From Felis catus (lineage: Eukaryota): 64,000 nucleotides of DNA. The stretch is taken from contig NC_058368.1 of the NCBI RefSeq assembly GCF_018350175.1, forward strand, positions 119,228,001 through 119,292,000, given 5' to 3'. The notes under the pieces are model-generated. The model saw only the letters and a list, made by a program, of their open reading frames with translations, did not search any database and had not been told where the DNA came from. This document shows, piece by piece, positions 26,147 through 40,280 of this stretch. The position numbers and the translations under genes are program-made. Every line of letters begins with the position of its first letter. Positions within the stretch are counted from its first letter, which is position 1.

Positions 26147-26362
26147 GGGGCGCCTGGGTGGCTCAGTTGGTTCAGCGTCTAACTTTGGTTCAGGTCATGA
26201 TCTCACTGTTCCTGAGTTTAAGCCCCATGTCAGGCTCTGTGCTGAGCCTGGAGCCTGTTTCAGATTCTGTGTCTCCCTCTCTGTCTCTGCCCCTCCCCCA
26301 CTTGTGCTCATGCTCACTCTCTCTCTCTCTCCCTCAAAAATAAACATTTAAAAAATTTTTTA
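26147..26362 (+). mobile_element. CAN-SINE
   Basis: Perfect 18-bp TSD aaaatttttgctttttat at 26129-26146 and 26363-26380. Confidence 0.95.
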
Positions 26363-29245
26363 AAAATTTTTGCTTTTTATTTCCATCATCTGGTTCTTTC
26401 TGGGGTCATACTAAGTTGATGTTCTTTTCTACTGAGAACACATGCCCCATTTTCTTGATACTTTGTATGTTGAGTAATCATGGATTGCATCATAAACATT
26501 GTGAATATTAAGTTGTGTAGATTCTGGCTGCTTGTTATTTTCCTCTGTTATTTCTTTCACTTTAGCTAACCATTATATTATGGACTTGAACTCCAAGCTG
26601 TTTTTTGGGTGGGAACTGCAGTCTCAGCTAGCCTCTTTTATTTTCAATTTACTCGCTTTGTGTCTCTACTTTGGATGCATAGTGTAAGAGTCAGCCAGAG
26701 AGAGGGATAAACAGAATTTGGAAATTTTCTAGATCTTTCCTTGTGATGATTCCCCCACTCTTTTTGCTTTGCTCTGGTTTCCCAGGCCAGACAGGCTGTT
26801 TTTTCAGAGGCACCTTGCTGCTTTGCACCACTGCCCTTGGCCTGCTTAAGCCATGAACATGGGGACTACATTTACACAGCTTGCCTCTTAACCTCCCCCA
26901 AGTGTGTACTCCCTACTAGAGTCTATCTTTTGTTCACTCCTTAGCATCTCCAGATTTTTGGATTATGTCAAGACCCAAAACTGTTTTCTGCAGGGAAGTC
27001 ATCCAATAAGGTCTTATTACATCATTCCCAGTAGGAGAAGACATATCAACATTCATTATGAATGTGGAAAGTGGAGACACTCCAGGAAGCCCCACTATTG
27101 CAAAGACACTGAGAATGCACTTGAGAATTGCTTAAAACCTCAGCCATTTTTCTAAAGAATATCAACCAACATTTTTCTCTTCACTAAGAAATATCATAAC
27201 CATTTAAAGAGCACTTACACCACCCTTAATGACTAGACTCAAAGTTATAAAACAAATAAGTTATTTTGACAGAATTTGGTTTTCAGAAATTCATCTGGCT
27301 ATAGATTCATTTTCCAAAATTATCCCCAGTGTACTTCAAAGATTGTAGGATAGGTTGAGCCTCCCATATTTGTTACCCTGAAAGTTGCTGGTCTATAGTT
27401 TCATAGAAGGGCATGAAAGAGGGTTTAACCTAGTTTGCATTTATGGGGTCTGTTCACATAGTCTTACCCTGACCTCTCTCTTTTTTTCTTAATGAGATTT
27501 AAAGCAACCCTGGAACTTTGTGGCTTAGGTTCTATCCCTGCTGGTTATTTTCCCTCTGAAGCCATGACCTTCCATAACATTATAATCATTTCCATAGTCA
27601 CTAACTTGTGATTCACAAGCTGGGAAGTAATACTTTTATATGAAAGATGCATAGCAGGAGACGGGTCCTAGGAAATAACCCGCTTTTAATCACATGTCTC
27701 TCGTAATAGGACACAAAAGATAAATAAGAAATATGAAAAATATAAATTAATAGGAATTTTACTCATTTTCTTTTTGGCCTCTGTATTTTTTTTCACATTG
27801 CTGACTTTTATTTTTTATTAAGTACACCCTGGTGGATCAAACAGGGAAAAAGCATGGAGTCTATCTTAATAGTTTGCCAACAGCTTCAGTATCCATTTAG
27901 ATTAGTGCAATCTTCATCATGGTAAAAAAAAAAAATACAGAAACAAGGTTCCAAGTTTGCTGAAATGTTAACAACAGTTATCTCTGGTAAGATGAGGTTA
28001 AAGAAATTGATACTTTCTTCTTTTTACTGGCAGGAAAATATGCTCCTTAACCTTAAACCAAAGCCAGAATCAGGACCATCCAAATGAAAGGGTACTCAAT
28101 CAGAGTTAGGATGTAGGCTGTGGGAACATGGGTTTTCCAGGACCCTGTAGGATTGGTGTTACACTGCTACCTACACTACTACAGTGCTACACTGACTTTT
28201 TCTAGGACCAACCCTCTGCCCCACTACATTCTTCGTCTCTCCCCTTATTCCTGTCTTTGCAGATTCATTGCTTTTAAAAAATCCTTGGACAGCCTTTTTA
28301 GTGGTTCTAGAAGAGAGAAGAGGCAGTGTTCTAGGCTTTGAAACTACAGCAGTGAACAAGACAGAAATTTCATGCTCTCCAGAGCTTATGTTCTAGTGAG
28401 TTGTTAGTGTAGAGCCAAGTAGAGACTCGAGTCAATTTCAGATAATATTCAGTCCTAAGAATATAAGAGAATAGAGGGAATATGACAGAATGCAACAGAT
28501 GCAGGGCGGGTGGGGGGGTGGAGGACCACTTTGGGACAGGTCAGCAAGGAGGTTCACCCAAGGTGATGACATGCGAGTTAACACAAGCTGTGGCAGGAAG
28601 GAACTAGCTTCAGTAAATTCTAAGAGCACAAATCAAATTCATGGTGTGTTTTATAATAGATGGTATCAAAGAAACAAGAGCAAGTGTTGTCCGTGTTTAA
28701 CAGCTTATGGAAATAAACCAATAGATCTACAGTGGTTACTTCTGGATGTAAATTAAAATCTGGGAATCCATTTGGCACTGAATAGTTTTCCCTATTTTTA
28801 ATAGTGAGAAAAAGATTTTCAAGGACTCAAAATCTATCTAGACGGAGATACACAGACCAAAGCAAAAACAACATTAGATCACTATAAGCAGTGCTTAACC
28901 AGCTCAAAATAATTGAGCACAGTGGATTGGAGGGAGTCCCAAAACACAGATTGTGACAGACAGAACTTCAGTGGCCAGGGAGAGTGCGGTGGGGTCAGGC
29001 AGGCAGGGTAGAAGTCTTTGCTCTGTCGTAGTCACATTCATGTCAACGGGGGCCACAGGGACAGCTGCCTCTCCAGGGAGCCTTGAAAGAACAAATGCTG
29101 CTTTCTGGAGGGAGTTACATTCTACACCCAAAGAGGAGAAAGGCTCACAAGGCACTTCTAGAGAGAAGCAAGGTATAGGAAGAGGCTTACTGACAAAGAA
29201 AAACCTGCTGGCACTTCTAGGTTCACGACACATGCAGAAGTATTT

Positions 29246-29367
29246 AGTTTAGTTTAGTTAAGTTTGGTTTAGTTTATTTATTTATACATTTGAGAGAGAG
29301 AGGGAGAGAGAGCGAGTGAGTGAGCAGCAAGATAGGGCATGTGCATGTGTGCAAGCGGGGGAGGGGC

Positions 29368-29421
<54 letters not shown>

Positions 29422-29546
29422 TCCCATTAGGCTCTGTGTGGTCAGTGTGGAGCCCAGTGTGGAGCTCGAACCCACTAACTTTGAGGTTGCGACCTGAACC
29501 GAAACCAAGAGTCCAATGCTCAACCCACTGAGCCACCCAGGTGCTC
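29246..29546 (-). mobile_element. CAN-SINE with expanded (GA)n tract and (TAGTT)n-converted tail
   Basis: TSD cagaagtattt at 29235-29245 and 29547-29557. Confidence 0.93.
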
Positions 29547-30490
29547 CAGAAGTATTTTAAATATAAATCCTTAGTTTACCAAAGCCTATTTGTCTTTAAC
29601 TGAAATCATAGCTTTTTAAAGGCAATGTAAGTAAAGAACACAGGAACTTCTAACTAAATGAAAGTATATGCTATGCCAATAAACGATATTCTTATGTCTT
29701 CATTTTTATTTTATATTTTGCCTCTGGTTCTAGGAACCAGGGAACAAAATTGGAAAAACAAAACATATATCAGTTTGAAGCTTATGCTTGGCTAGAGTCT
29801 AAGAAAAAAAAATTACAAGGGATTTGAGTGGAAGTCTAAACTTAGACAAAGAGCCCAACATTTCAGTATAGAAGCGAAAAAAATTCTTTGATCGAAATCA
29901 GATTTTTATCCCCCCTACCCTAGGTGTCAATCATGATGGAAAAGAGGCTGACAATCGCAAATGGTTAACCCCATTTTTATACACTGCTCTCATGTGCCAC
30001 AAATCCTGAGCAATGAGCCAAGCACAGGACTTCTTGGTCATGGTCAAGAAGGGTGGACCAACTAGGAAGCTATGGTATCTATGGCTTAGGACTTGTCCCA
30101 TAAGATGTTATGAGCCTGGCTCCAAGCAGGGAAGTTGTTGATGATGCTCTGTGAGGACAGTCCAGCTCACCAGGGCCACTGTGTAGACTTATGTAATTGT
30201 TGCACAGTGGCCTCAGATCAGCAACCCATAGACCCAATATCGCCATGTTGGACACACCTGGCTTGGGCCATTCTTTGTTAAAAATTGTTCTAATCTTTAG
30301 AAATTGGGAGAATAATCCAAGTTTCAAGTTTCTGCATTTTTTTTTTTTTTTGAAAATCAGAAAATCTGGCACCTCTGAGCCTACATTCTTATATGATCAT
30401 ACGTGGCAGGAACTGGTATAGGCTGCTCTCAATTGAATGCAATTCCCACCTGTCCCCTGATACTCATTTACATTATTGTATATGAACTTC

Positions 30491-30620
30491 TTTAAAAAAA
30501 ATTTGTTTTTTAATGTCAGCATAGCACAGAGCCCAACATGGGGCTTGAACTCATGAACTGTGAGATCATGACCTGAGCCAAAGTTGGAAGCTTAACCCAC
30601 TGAGCCACCCAGGTGCCCCT
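30491..30620 (-). mobile_element. Internally deleted CAN-SINE
   Basis: tRNA-like head joined directly to the tail. TSD tatatg(a/c)acttc at 30479-30490 and 30621-30632. Confidence 0.88.
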
Positions 30621-31943
30621 TATATGCACTTCAGTTTGCTCTTTCTGCTGAAGCTAGGGCTGGACTGAAATAGCCTTTTTCACTGTCGCCCACGATACTT
30701 GTCATAAACAGTGGAGACTTGGCTTGTGGCCATTTGAAATAGCCAATGTTCATGTACATGTTAACTCGATCTCTCTGCCGCTTGATCAAGAAAGACATTT
30801 CCTGCTTCCACTAGAAACTGAGTATACAGACTTTAAGAACACTTGAGAATGACCTTCAGGTGGGTGAGTAAGTTTTAGATCAATAAAAAAGAAAGCATTA
30901 ATGAGAAATCTGTCATCTTATTTCCTTCTGTGTGACTCTTCTCTTTCTTAAGGACATTTTTGTTCTTTATTGTATCCCTTGGGGGATTTTAAAAGCAGTA
31001 TTTGGGAGGGAGTTTCAAGGAAGAGTCACAGATTTTAATGAGAGGACTTAAAAAATTTAATCAAGTACGAGAGATCATTTTTTAACAAGATTTCCTGGTC
31101 TGAGGGTGGCTGGCAGGTGGCCTGGAGTCAGGCAGGCAATCATTAAGGGTGGGGATGACTCACACATCGAGGGGTGTGGAGAAGATGACCCAAAACTTTG
31201 GAAAATATAGTATTAACTCACATTAGAGATCAGCCCCAAACAAATGTACTTTTCACCCCTACTCCCCTCTCTCTGCTCTTACACTGTGTTGAACTCTATC
31301 TCTAAGTGTATGTGGGGCTTTCTGAAGTTATTTATGGGCAAGGAGAGTAACACTTTACTCTTTACCTTTTCATATGGTCAGACTCCTAGTTGAAAATCAC
31401 CATGTGTGCAATTTTATAAAGCAAAAGGCTCTTTCACACAAGCTTGGATCTCCTCTCCTTTATTTATACTATGCAGTAAAGCAGATATTCCCTGACTCCC
31501 TAAAACATAATAGTTCAAGCTTGGAATGGAATATGGACTCCAGCCTAGATGTGGATCTGGGCCAGAGCTACCTGCTTAGATTCTTCAAGGAAGGCAAACC
31601 CCTCATGAATACACACCATGATAAACGGGCCATTTTAGTGTTCCCAGGGTTATTTGGTAGGTAGGACAATAAGAAAGTATCCCTCTCCTGATTTGTTTTT
31701 TAAAGTTTCTTGCCTCAGAGTTTCAAGTGCCAATAGTTATTAATATTTTTATTAGCCATTTAGTTATAAGTTATAACATACTTAGCTACTGAGAGGTAAA
31801 ATTTAGCTCTGAAGGGAGTCATGTATGAGCCATCTTGCAGAGATGAGTATACTGTCAAATTAGAAAAAACTTTCTGTATTAAAGAAAATACATGAAAACT
31901 CTTTAGAGTATTTCCTTAAGCTAACAAAAGCCCAAAAGAGTTT

Positions 31944-32420
31944 TTCATTCATTCAATAATCAACAAATATTTACTATCTTCTTCATTTGGGGACTTGGGG
32001 AATTGAGTGGTGACCTAAGGTCCTTGCCCTTAGAAAACTTCTAAGGGGGCAGAGTTGAGGGTGGGGAAATGGAGATGCACTCCAATAAATACAAAGAAGA
32101 AAATAAGTCAGGTAATGGACAGGGAAATGACTGGTGGGAAGTGGGATGTTTAGATTAAGTGCTGAGGAAAAGCGTTTCTGAGAAAGTGATATTTGTGTTT
32201 ATTCCCGAATGAAGAGAAGAAAGCCACCATGGCAAGCGCCAGTGAAAAGAATTCTGGGAGAAGTGTCAAATGCAAAAGCCTTAAAGTTGGGGAGGGGGAA
32301 GAGTTGTCAGAATTAACAAAAAGAAGGCCAGACTGGCTGGTGTGAAGGTGAAGAGTGGTACAAAACAAAGTCAGCAAGGTAGGCAGGCCTCCATCATACA
32401 AGGAAGCCATCATAGGGTTT
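31944..32420 (-). mobile_element. L2 3' fragment
   Basis: ttcattcattcaataatcaacaaatatttact terminus followed by purine-rich L2-like body. Other L2-like pieces lie near 3100-3300, 28300-28620 and 59560-60320. Confidence 0.65.
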
Positions 32421-32454
32421 TTCACAGTAAAGGGATGCATCTTTGGGAGGCTGG

Positions 32455-32670
32455 AAAACCCCACTCTGCATGCTAAACCTGGCTCTCTGGATGTTTTGCT
32501 AAATAAAGTTTTATTGTAACACAGTCATGTTCAATCGTTTATGTATTGCCTATGGCTGCTTCTGTACTACAATGGCAGAGTTGTGTGGCTGCTACAGAGA
32601 GTATATATAGCTCATAAAGATAAAAATTTTTAAAGGGCTGACACTTTACAGAACAGGTGTACCAGCTCTT
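32455..32670. mobile_element. hAT-Charlie MITE (MER58A-like)
   Basis: taaataaagttttattgtaacacagtcatg...tatggctgcttctgtactacaatggcagagttg signature. Confidence 0.75.
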
Positions 32671-32849
32671 TCTTTACACAATGCATTAAGGCGTTTTTGG
32701 ATGGTGCATTTGGTCTATGTGAAACTGTCTACCTCACTTTCTCAAAAAACAGGGCAGCCTCGCTTTCTCAAAAAACACTAGATATTACTGCTAAAAAGCA
32801 ATATTTAAGAAAATAAAAACTTGCCTGGAAACAGGGATCAGACTCACCT

Positions 32850-33350
32850 GTATCAGGTGAGCAAGTAAATTACCTAGCTAAAGACTGCTTCATGGCAATA
32901 AGAAGTTAACTCATACAGCAAGAGGTCTGTCATCAAGTTTGATTATTTTAGTGGTACAAGACTGTCATCAAGGATCCAGCTGCTTGCCATCTTTATGCTG
33001 CCCTCAGGATGTGGGAAAGCTCATTCCTTGTGGTAGCAAGACGGCCATAATGGTTCCAGGAGTCGATGCAGACAAGACAGAAGATATCTAGCAACAAAAT
33101 AGGTTGGGTACTTCCTCATGCCTTTTTACTAGGGAGGGAAAATTCTTTATGGTCCACTGCTTATGCCATCTAATTATATCTAGATTAGCTAGGTTAGCCT
33201 GGTAAGGAGAATGGATTTACCATGGTTGACTTAGGTTAATAAATCTTCATCACCTGGATGTCTGAACACATGCATGGAGAGTGAACACTGGAACAAAGTC
33301 AGGCTCTTGCCAGCAAGGCAGGTAAGTGGGAAAGGTTGAGAACTGGGCAA
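32850..33350. mobile_element. Ancient LTR remnant (MLT1/LTR33-like)
   Basis: tgtcatcaaggatccag...caagacggcc...gttccaggagtc...aacaaagtcaggctct motifs; highly degraded. Confidence 0.45.
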
Positions 33351-36300
33351 CCAAAGGAACTGCTGAAGGGTCTTTGTATAATGATCCTATGTCTGATATT
33401 ACTTAGAGAGGAAATGTTAGAGGTTGAGATGGGCAGAGAAACAGAAAGTAAGAAAATCCTCCCATTGGGATGTGGGTTGGTAGTAGGGAACTGTGGCTGA
33501 CTGCACAGTGCTTTCTTTTCCTGCAAATGTCATCTACTGCTTTCACAACAGGTTGAGTAAGTCATTCCCACATGTGGCTAACTTGCTCTCAAGGCAGCAT
33601 CTACAACATGTTTGGCCTCTCTGGTGATTCATTTTTCTGGACAGTTCTTTCCTGATCTCGAAGAAACCACAACTGTTTGAACAGGGACTTGTTTCAAGAG
33701 AGTTTTGCAAGTAGGGGCTTGATACCATATTGGGCTCCCCCTTGGCTTCCCAAACCGGTTCTTCCCAAACACACCCCTAGTTATTTGTATCCTTCACCTC
33801 TCCAACTGGCTGGAAACCACAGCCTCCTTTAATTGTCTACTTCAGGGTGTTTTGTTTTGTTTTTTTGTTTGTTTGTTTGTTTGTTTTGTTTTTTGGGTTT
33901 TTTTTTTGAGGGGGTGGGAAAGTACCTTTGCTTCTTTGGACTCATGTTTATTTCCTACACATTTAGGGTACCTAGTCCCTGGCCCTGGGGGAGCTGAAAG
34001 TCTGGTTCCCAGGATGCTGAATTCATTGCTATATGAACAGCATTTTTTGTGACAGCTGTTAAATGGAGAATTGTTAAAGGTCATGAGAGCTAAAACCCAA
34101 CAAAGACCAGACCAGAGAGAACTGTCTTGAAGACTGAGTCTTGCTGTATTCCATGAATTTATATAATACATCAATCTTTGTTTTGTCTGGTTTTGTTTTT
34201 GGTAGGAGCTATTATACCAACAGGGAAGGGACTTAAATGCTGTGATATTTGTGGAGGACTGGCCAAGGCCAAATCATATCACTTCTGACACTAAGTCACA
34301 CAGATTGAATTGACTTCTGCAAAGCACAGGCTATATAGGTTCAACCTTCTATGAGATAGACTACCTGATTTCTCATCTATGGAGAAAGATTATTCTTTCT
34401 GACCTCAGGAGCTCTCACTCACACCTTCTTCTGCTCATTCACTTGTTCTGTACTGAGAACACATTTTGTGTGTGAAGCATGGTATTTGGCACTGAAAAGG
34501 CAAACAAATAAGACATTCATTAGGCATGGTTATAAGCCAGGTGATTAAGGCAGTGTCCATGCCCTCAAGGATCTCACAGTCTAGTAAGGAAGACTGGCCT
34601 CCAAACAAGTGCCTAGAACACAGTGAGATGACATTGAAAGGGCATAGGCTTGCAGTGAAGAGCATTAACTTGAGTGCCAGATTCTGGAGGTGAAGCGCAT
34701 GACTTTGAGCAAGTTCCTGAGCATCTGTGCACCTCAGTTTTGTCATCTGTAATGTGAGGATATGTGAGGGTGTACACAAGTGAGTTACTGTGCATAATAA
34801 AGGAGAATATGCCTCTCCATTTGTTAGCAAAGCAGTTGGCACAGATCAAGTATTCCAGTGTTCCCAACTACACACTGTTTTTGTATGCTACAATAGCTGC
34901 AGCACTGCCAGATAGCTTGGTGGCTATGTACATAAGTGGTTCAGAAGCCAAACTCTATCACCTCATGTTCTGAGAGCTTGGGCAAGTTTCTGACCCTGCC
35001 TGTGCCTTAGGTTTCTCCTCTGTAAAATGGAGAAAACACCTAAGTCAAAGAATGGTTGCTAACACTTAAATTATGTAATACACATAAAGCTTTTGGTATG
35101 ATGGCTGGCCCATGTAAACTCAATAAATGTTAACTATATGACTGTAATTGCTGTGGCTACTAAAACAACAAAGACAACAATAGGTAGGGCCAGAACACAT
35201 TTTGCAAAAAGAGGGGCACTCAAAAACGGGTGTCATTGGTTGCGGGGGCAGGGGTCAAAGCCATCAGCCTCCATGGCTATAAAAACAACTCTGCACCTGT
35301 TTTCTGGATCATGGATCAGTGGCATCTTGTTTATGCAGTTTGGACAGATTATTAAATTATGGAAAATGTGAGAGTCACTGCCTCTTTATTTTCGTGGGAT
35401 AGTACAGAGTGTGACAAATACAGGTTCCTGTTTCCCTCCCTCCTAAATGGCCCAAATTCCTTAGAAGTTTTTTTTTTCCTTCTTCAAGTTGCAGAAAACA
35501 CCTTCAAAAGCATTGAGGTACATATACTACTGTACAAAGACCACTAATGCCCTCCCTCCAAGCCCCCCAAAGCCCTGCTTGTCCACAAAACTATAACTTT
35601 AGTCTATGGACAGCTCTGTGCCCTGGCAGAAATAATAGGAAATAGGTGGGAAAAAAAGCAAATGACTGATGAGCAGGATGACAGGAGAAACCTACAGATG
35701 ATTTTGTGTTCTCCACACACTCATAGCCTGGGAGGTAACTCATTTTCCTTTCCAGAAGTGTTATCACCAAGATGGAGACATAGCGTATACTCCATCACCA
35801 GTTTTCTTTACTATATTTTTGGCTACTACTTAGAAATAGTACACATTTTTTTTCTTTAGGGGATAACTCTTTCTCTGTTCTCAATTCAAATACTTTAGTA
35901 GAGTGAACCCCACTGCAAGGGGTTCACGAGTGGTGTCCATCTGGCCCAGGACTAAGCACACCAGAGAATTCTTTTCTGCTGGCCTTGGTTTAGGAAGGGG
36001 CATTGGCTCAACTCACACTGACAGCAGTCAAGCTGAGGATTCTGATCCTCTCTTTCAGGTCATACTTTATCTTGGAAAGATATAAGCCTGCAATTTCCAG
36101 ACACCAGCAAGGCATACCTAACAATCCAACAGATTTAATAGAGGCAGAGAAAAGGCAAGAAAAATAAGGCATAGGGACATTATTTAAGTTCTTGAAACCA
36201 CCCAAACCCTGGAATTTTTATGTATGTGGGCCAAGAAATTCACTTCTTTGCTTAAGCTGGTTTTACATTCAGTTTTCTATCTTCTGCAACCAGGAGAATC

Positions 36301-39300
36301 CTGATGCACTCAAAAACCATTTAAGACCTGCAGACAATGGCAGGATACCCCCAGCTAAGTCACCCATAGGTTAAACTTCTTGCCCAACTAAACTTCGCAG
36401 AATATAGCAGAAAAGTGTCCAAAATCACTTTGGCAGCTCCAGGGAAAAGTACCAAAGAAACACTAGCCAATACTCTGCCACCAATTACGAGTATAGACTC
36501 GAAGCCAGTCAGTGACTTACTCTCATGTCTACATTTCTACCCTCACACATCATAATATACACATGGCTGCTCTTCCTGAGAGGACACACAGAGAAAGGTA
36601 CTGGTGTTGGCCCAAGTTAGGCCCTGTCCCTGGAAAGTAGTCTGCGAATAAGACTTTATACCCAGAAAGCGAATTGTTTTCAGAAACTGCATGCTGGCTT
36701 CCTCTGAAAAATGAGTAATTTTTATTCTCAAGGCCACATTGGACTATCCTGGAAATGAGAAGCACTGTCTGACTTTAGGATTGTTTTTAGAATCAGTATC
36801 ACGTTTTACTGTATTGTTTACACCAAGTTGTCTTAATATCTAATCATTATTTAATTGTTAAGGGTCTTCTTTCAGTGATGGGGGGCGGGGGGAAGCAGTT
36901 ACTTTGTGCTTGGCTTATGTCAACTGTATCACATTTACTATATGCACTCATTGTACAGATGAGAAAACAGAGTCTGAGGTAAAAACTATTACCTTTGAGG
37001 GTTGGAAATTTGACTCAAAGCCCTTAAATACTACTTTACCTTCTTGGTATGTGCCCTTGTATGACATTTCTAAGACAAATGAAAATGACCATCATTTACC
37101 TAGCAAAATACTAGCCAAGAAAAGAGTTACAGAAACCCAGATTTTCTACCTTGAAAAAATGCACATTTGACTCACTGACTGAATGCCAAGACTCACTGAC
37201 TCAAGACTGAAATAAAATAATTACAAAAGAGCCCATTTTCCAACTCAAATTGTTAAGGACTCTAGAAAATTAGAAGAGAGAATGTTGATGATAGAAGACA
37301 TGAATCCTAAAGTCTGTTAACTATCAGAAAAAACAAGTAGAAGACAAAGCAGATACTGGAGTCAAGATTCTGTGTTCCACATTTTTCTATCTTTAAACAT
37401 GAAGATCTCTCAGATATACCCTTAGTAATCTTACAATTTAAATGCTTCATGTACTTTGAATACTGTTTTGGGGACATAAAATACTAAGAGAAAAACAACT
37501 CGATTTACTGATTATGAATTCCTTTGAAGGGGACACAACTTGGCTAATTCTATCTGACTTTTAGCACCAATTCTGCCTAGCCATCATCTTACCTTTGACT
37601 TTACCAACAGTAGCAAAATTATTCTTTCATAGATGTCAATCCTCAAAAGACATTCTTAACACAGAGAGGCCAATGGGCATCAAAAAATTGAAGGCATGGA
37701 GGAGGGAGACAGCCAAGATGGCAGAGCAGCATGGAAGTTTTTTGTGTGTCTCACATCCATGAAATACAGCCAGACCAACACTAAACCATCCTACACACCT
37801 AGAAAACTGATCTGAGGATTAACACAACAATGTGCACAACCTGAACCACGGAATCAAGCAGGTACATGGCACGGAGAGAACGTGAGGAGCAAGAAACCAC
37901 TGAGGGCAGGGAGGTGCTTTGCGGGGGGAGAGAGGACGGAGAAGGTGAGGAAAATACGGGAAAAGCACCCCTCCCCAAAAGCAGCTAGAGAAAAAGTGGA
38001 AAATTGGAAACAGATGCAGGGACTGAACTAAAAAGGGAGAAAGGAGAAAGGAGAAATGAGAGGGCTTAAGTTCCATTACAACTGTAAACAAGGGGAGGGC
38101 AGAGTCTGCAATTCCGCAGCTCGATACCTGGCGGTGCTCTGGTGGGAAAAGTGAATCCCCAGGAGAAGAGTGGGGTCTGGGAGCTTCTCAGTCCACCCGG
38201 GGAGAAGCGGTTCCACTTCTGGAAGGGCATTTGGTAGAGGGTGTGAGGCAACCTGGGCCCAGCATACCCCACAGAATGGCCACATTCCCTGGTGCTGGAA
38301 GAAGGTTATTAAGGGTGAAGCCTGGTGCCAGATGGGGGTTGTGATTTTCCATAATCCCTGAAACGCTGCTGCTACACTGTCTTGTGAACTTTTTCTGGGG
38401 TAGGCTGGCACCTGGCCGCAGTCTCTGGGCATCGGCAGCAGCACGGTCTCGTGAATTTTCCTGGGTATGGCCGGCATTCAGCCATGGCTCAATGAGACCC
38501 TCCCACAGAGGGGCAGAACAGGTCAAAGCTGCAGGCCCTCAGAAGTAAGGGGTCAGGGAAAACAGCCGCATCTGAGAACAAACGGAGGAGAGAGGTACTA
38601 CCTGGGGCTTGGTCACGGACAGTGTAAAAGCAGGGAGTGGACGAGAGCTGAAGACAAAGGGCTGGTGTGCGATTGCTAACTGGGGAGACTAGAGTTCCGA
38701 TACTAGAGACTGGGTAGCTGGGTGACGCCATTTTTACCGCTCCCGCGCCTGTGCATACGCATCTACAAGTGTCACAACGATCCACCCCAGTAGGCTAGCA
38801 GCGCTATCTGGTGGAGAGAGGAGCCATTACACTAAGCGCTATCCAACTGGCTAACCTCGCTCTTCAAGAGCACAGGTCTCACCTCCTGCTTAGTTTATGG
38901 ACAATAAAGCGATTCATGCTCTGACTTCTAGGGGAAAACAAAATAATTTCAGTTGTGTTTCAGTCTGTTAGCAGGTCCATCTATTCAATTTTCTTTCTTT
39001 TTCTTTTTTCTGGTATCTTTTTTTCTCTTTTTCATTTCCTTTCTTTTTCTTGAATACAGAGAGAGAAAAAATCATTTTCATTTTCAATTTTTATTAAAAA
39101 TATTTTTCTTTAATTTTTTTACTATATTTTTTAGGTTTGTGTAAATTTTTCAAATTCTATTTTACTTCCATCATTTTATTTTAGTCTATTTCAGTGTACT
39201 CATTTTTTCAAATTTTCAAACGGTTTTCTTTTTTTTAATTCTTTCCCCTTTTTTCTCTAATCTATCAAGCCACTTTCAACACCCAGACCAAAACACACCT

Positions 39301-39414
39301 AGGACCTAGCATCATTTATTTGATTTTGTGTGTGTGTGTGTGTTTAATTTTTTAATTTAAATATTTTTTAATTTTAATTTTTTCTAACTCATTAATTCTT
39401 TTTCTCCCTTCAAA

Positions 39415-40268
39415 ATGATGAAACGAAGGAATTCACCCCAAAAGAAAGAGTAGGAAGAAATGACAGCAGGGACTTAACCAACACAGATACAAGCAAGATG
39501 TCTAAACCAGAATTTAGAGCTGGAGCCAAAAATAGATTAGAATCCCTTTTTGCAGAGATAAAAAGTAAAAACTAGTCAAGATGAAATAAAGAATGCTATA
39601 ACTGAGCTGCAATCACGAATGGATGCTGTGGCAGCAAGGATGGATGAGGCAGAACAGAGAATTGGCGATATAGAGGACAAACTTATGGAGAGCAATGAAG
39701 CAGAAAAAAAGAGGGAGATGAAGGCAAAAGAGCACAATGTAAGAATTAGGGAAAATCAGTGACTCTTTAAAAAGGAACATCAGAATCATAGGGGTCCCAG
39801 AAGAGGAAGAGAGAGAAAGAGGGGTAAAAGGGTTATGTGAGCAAATCATAGTGGAAAACGTTCCTAACCGGGGGAAAGACACAGACATCAAAATCCAGGA
39901 AACACAGAGGACTCCATGAGATTCAACAAAACCCGACCATCAACAAGGCATATCATAGTCAAATCCACAAAATACTCAGGCAAGAGGAGAATCATGAAAG
40001 CAGCCAGGGGAAAAAGTCCTTAACCTACAAGGGAAGACAGATCAGGTTTGCAGCAGACCTATCCACAGAAACTTGGCAGGCCAGAAAGGAATAGCAGGAT
40101 ATATTCAGTGCACTGAATCAGAAAAATACGCAGCCAAGAATTCTTTATCCAGCAAGGCTGTCATTCAAAATAGAAGGAGACATAAAAAGTTTCCCAGGCA
40201 AGCAAAAATTAAGGGAATTTGTGACCACTAAACCAGCCCTGCAAGAAATTCTAAGGGGGACTCTCTGA
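39415..40268 (+). pseudogene. L1 ORF1p remnant (copy B)
   Basis: Colinear with copy A ORF1. Early TAG at 39451, ~21-bp deletion near 39518, premature TGA at 39917-39919. Confidence 0.9.
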
Positions 40269-40280
40269 AGGGAGAAAAGA

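Larger units (their letters stand above)
25465..26600 (-). mobile_element. Ancient L1M fragments (3'-end piece at 25465-25650 and ORF1-like piece at 25880-26600) interrupted by SINEs
   Basis: aagaaaccccatacccattagcagtcact...ggcaaccactaatccacttt is a typical L1M 3'UTR; the T-rich segment resembles degraded L1 ORF1. Boundaries approximate. Confidence 0.55.

Noticed and set aside
32732..32777. 20-bp direct repeat with a 6-bp spacer (similar small duplications at 3245-3271, 4452-4471 and 61977-62026)
   Set aside because: Two-copy slippage duplications only; not CRISPR-like or otherwise organised arrays.
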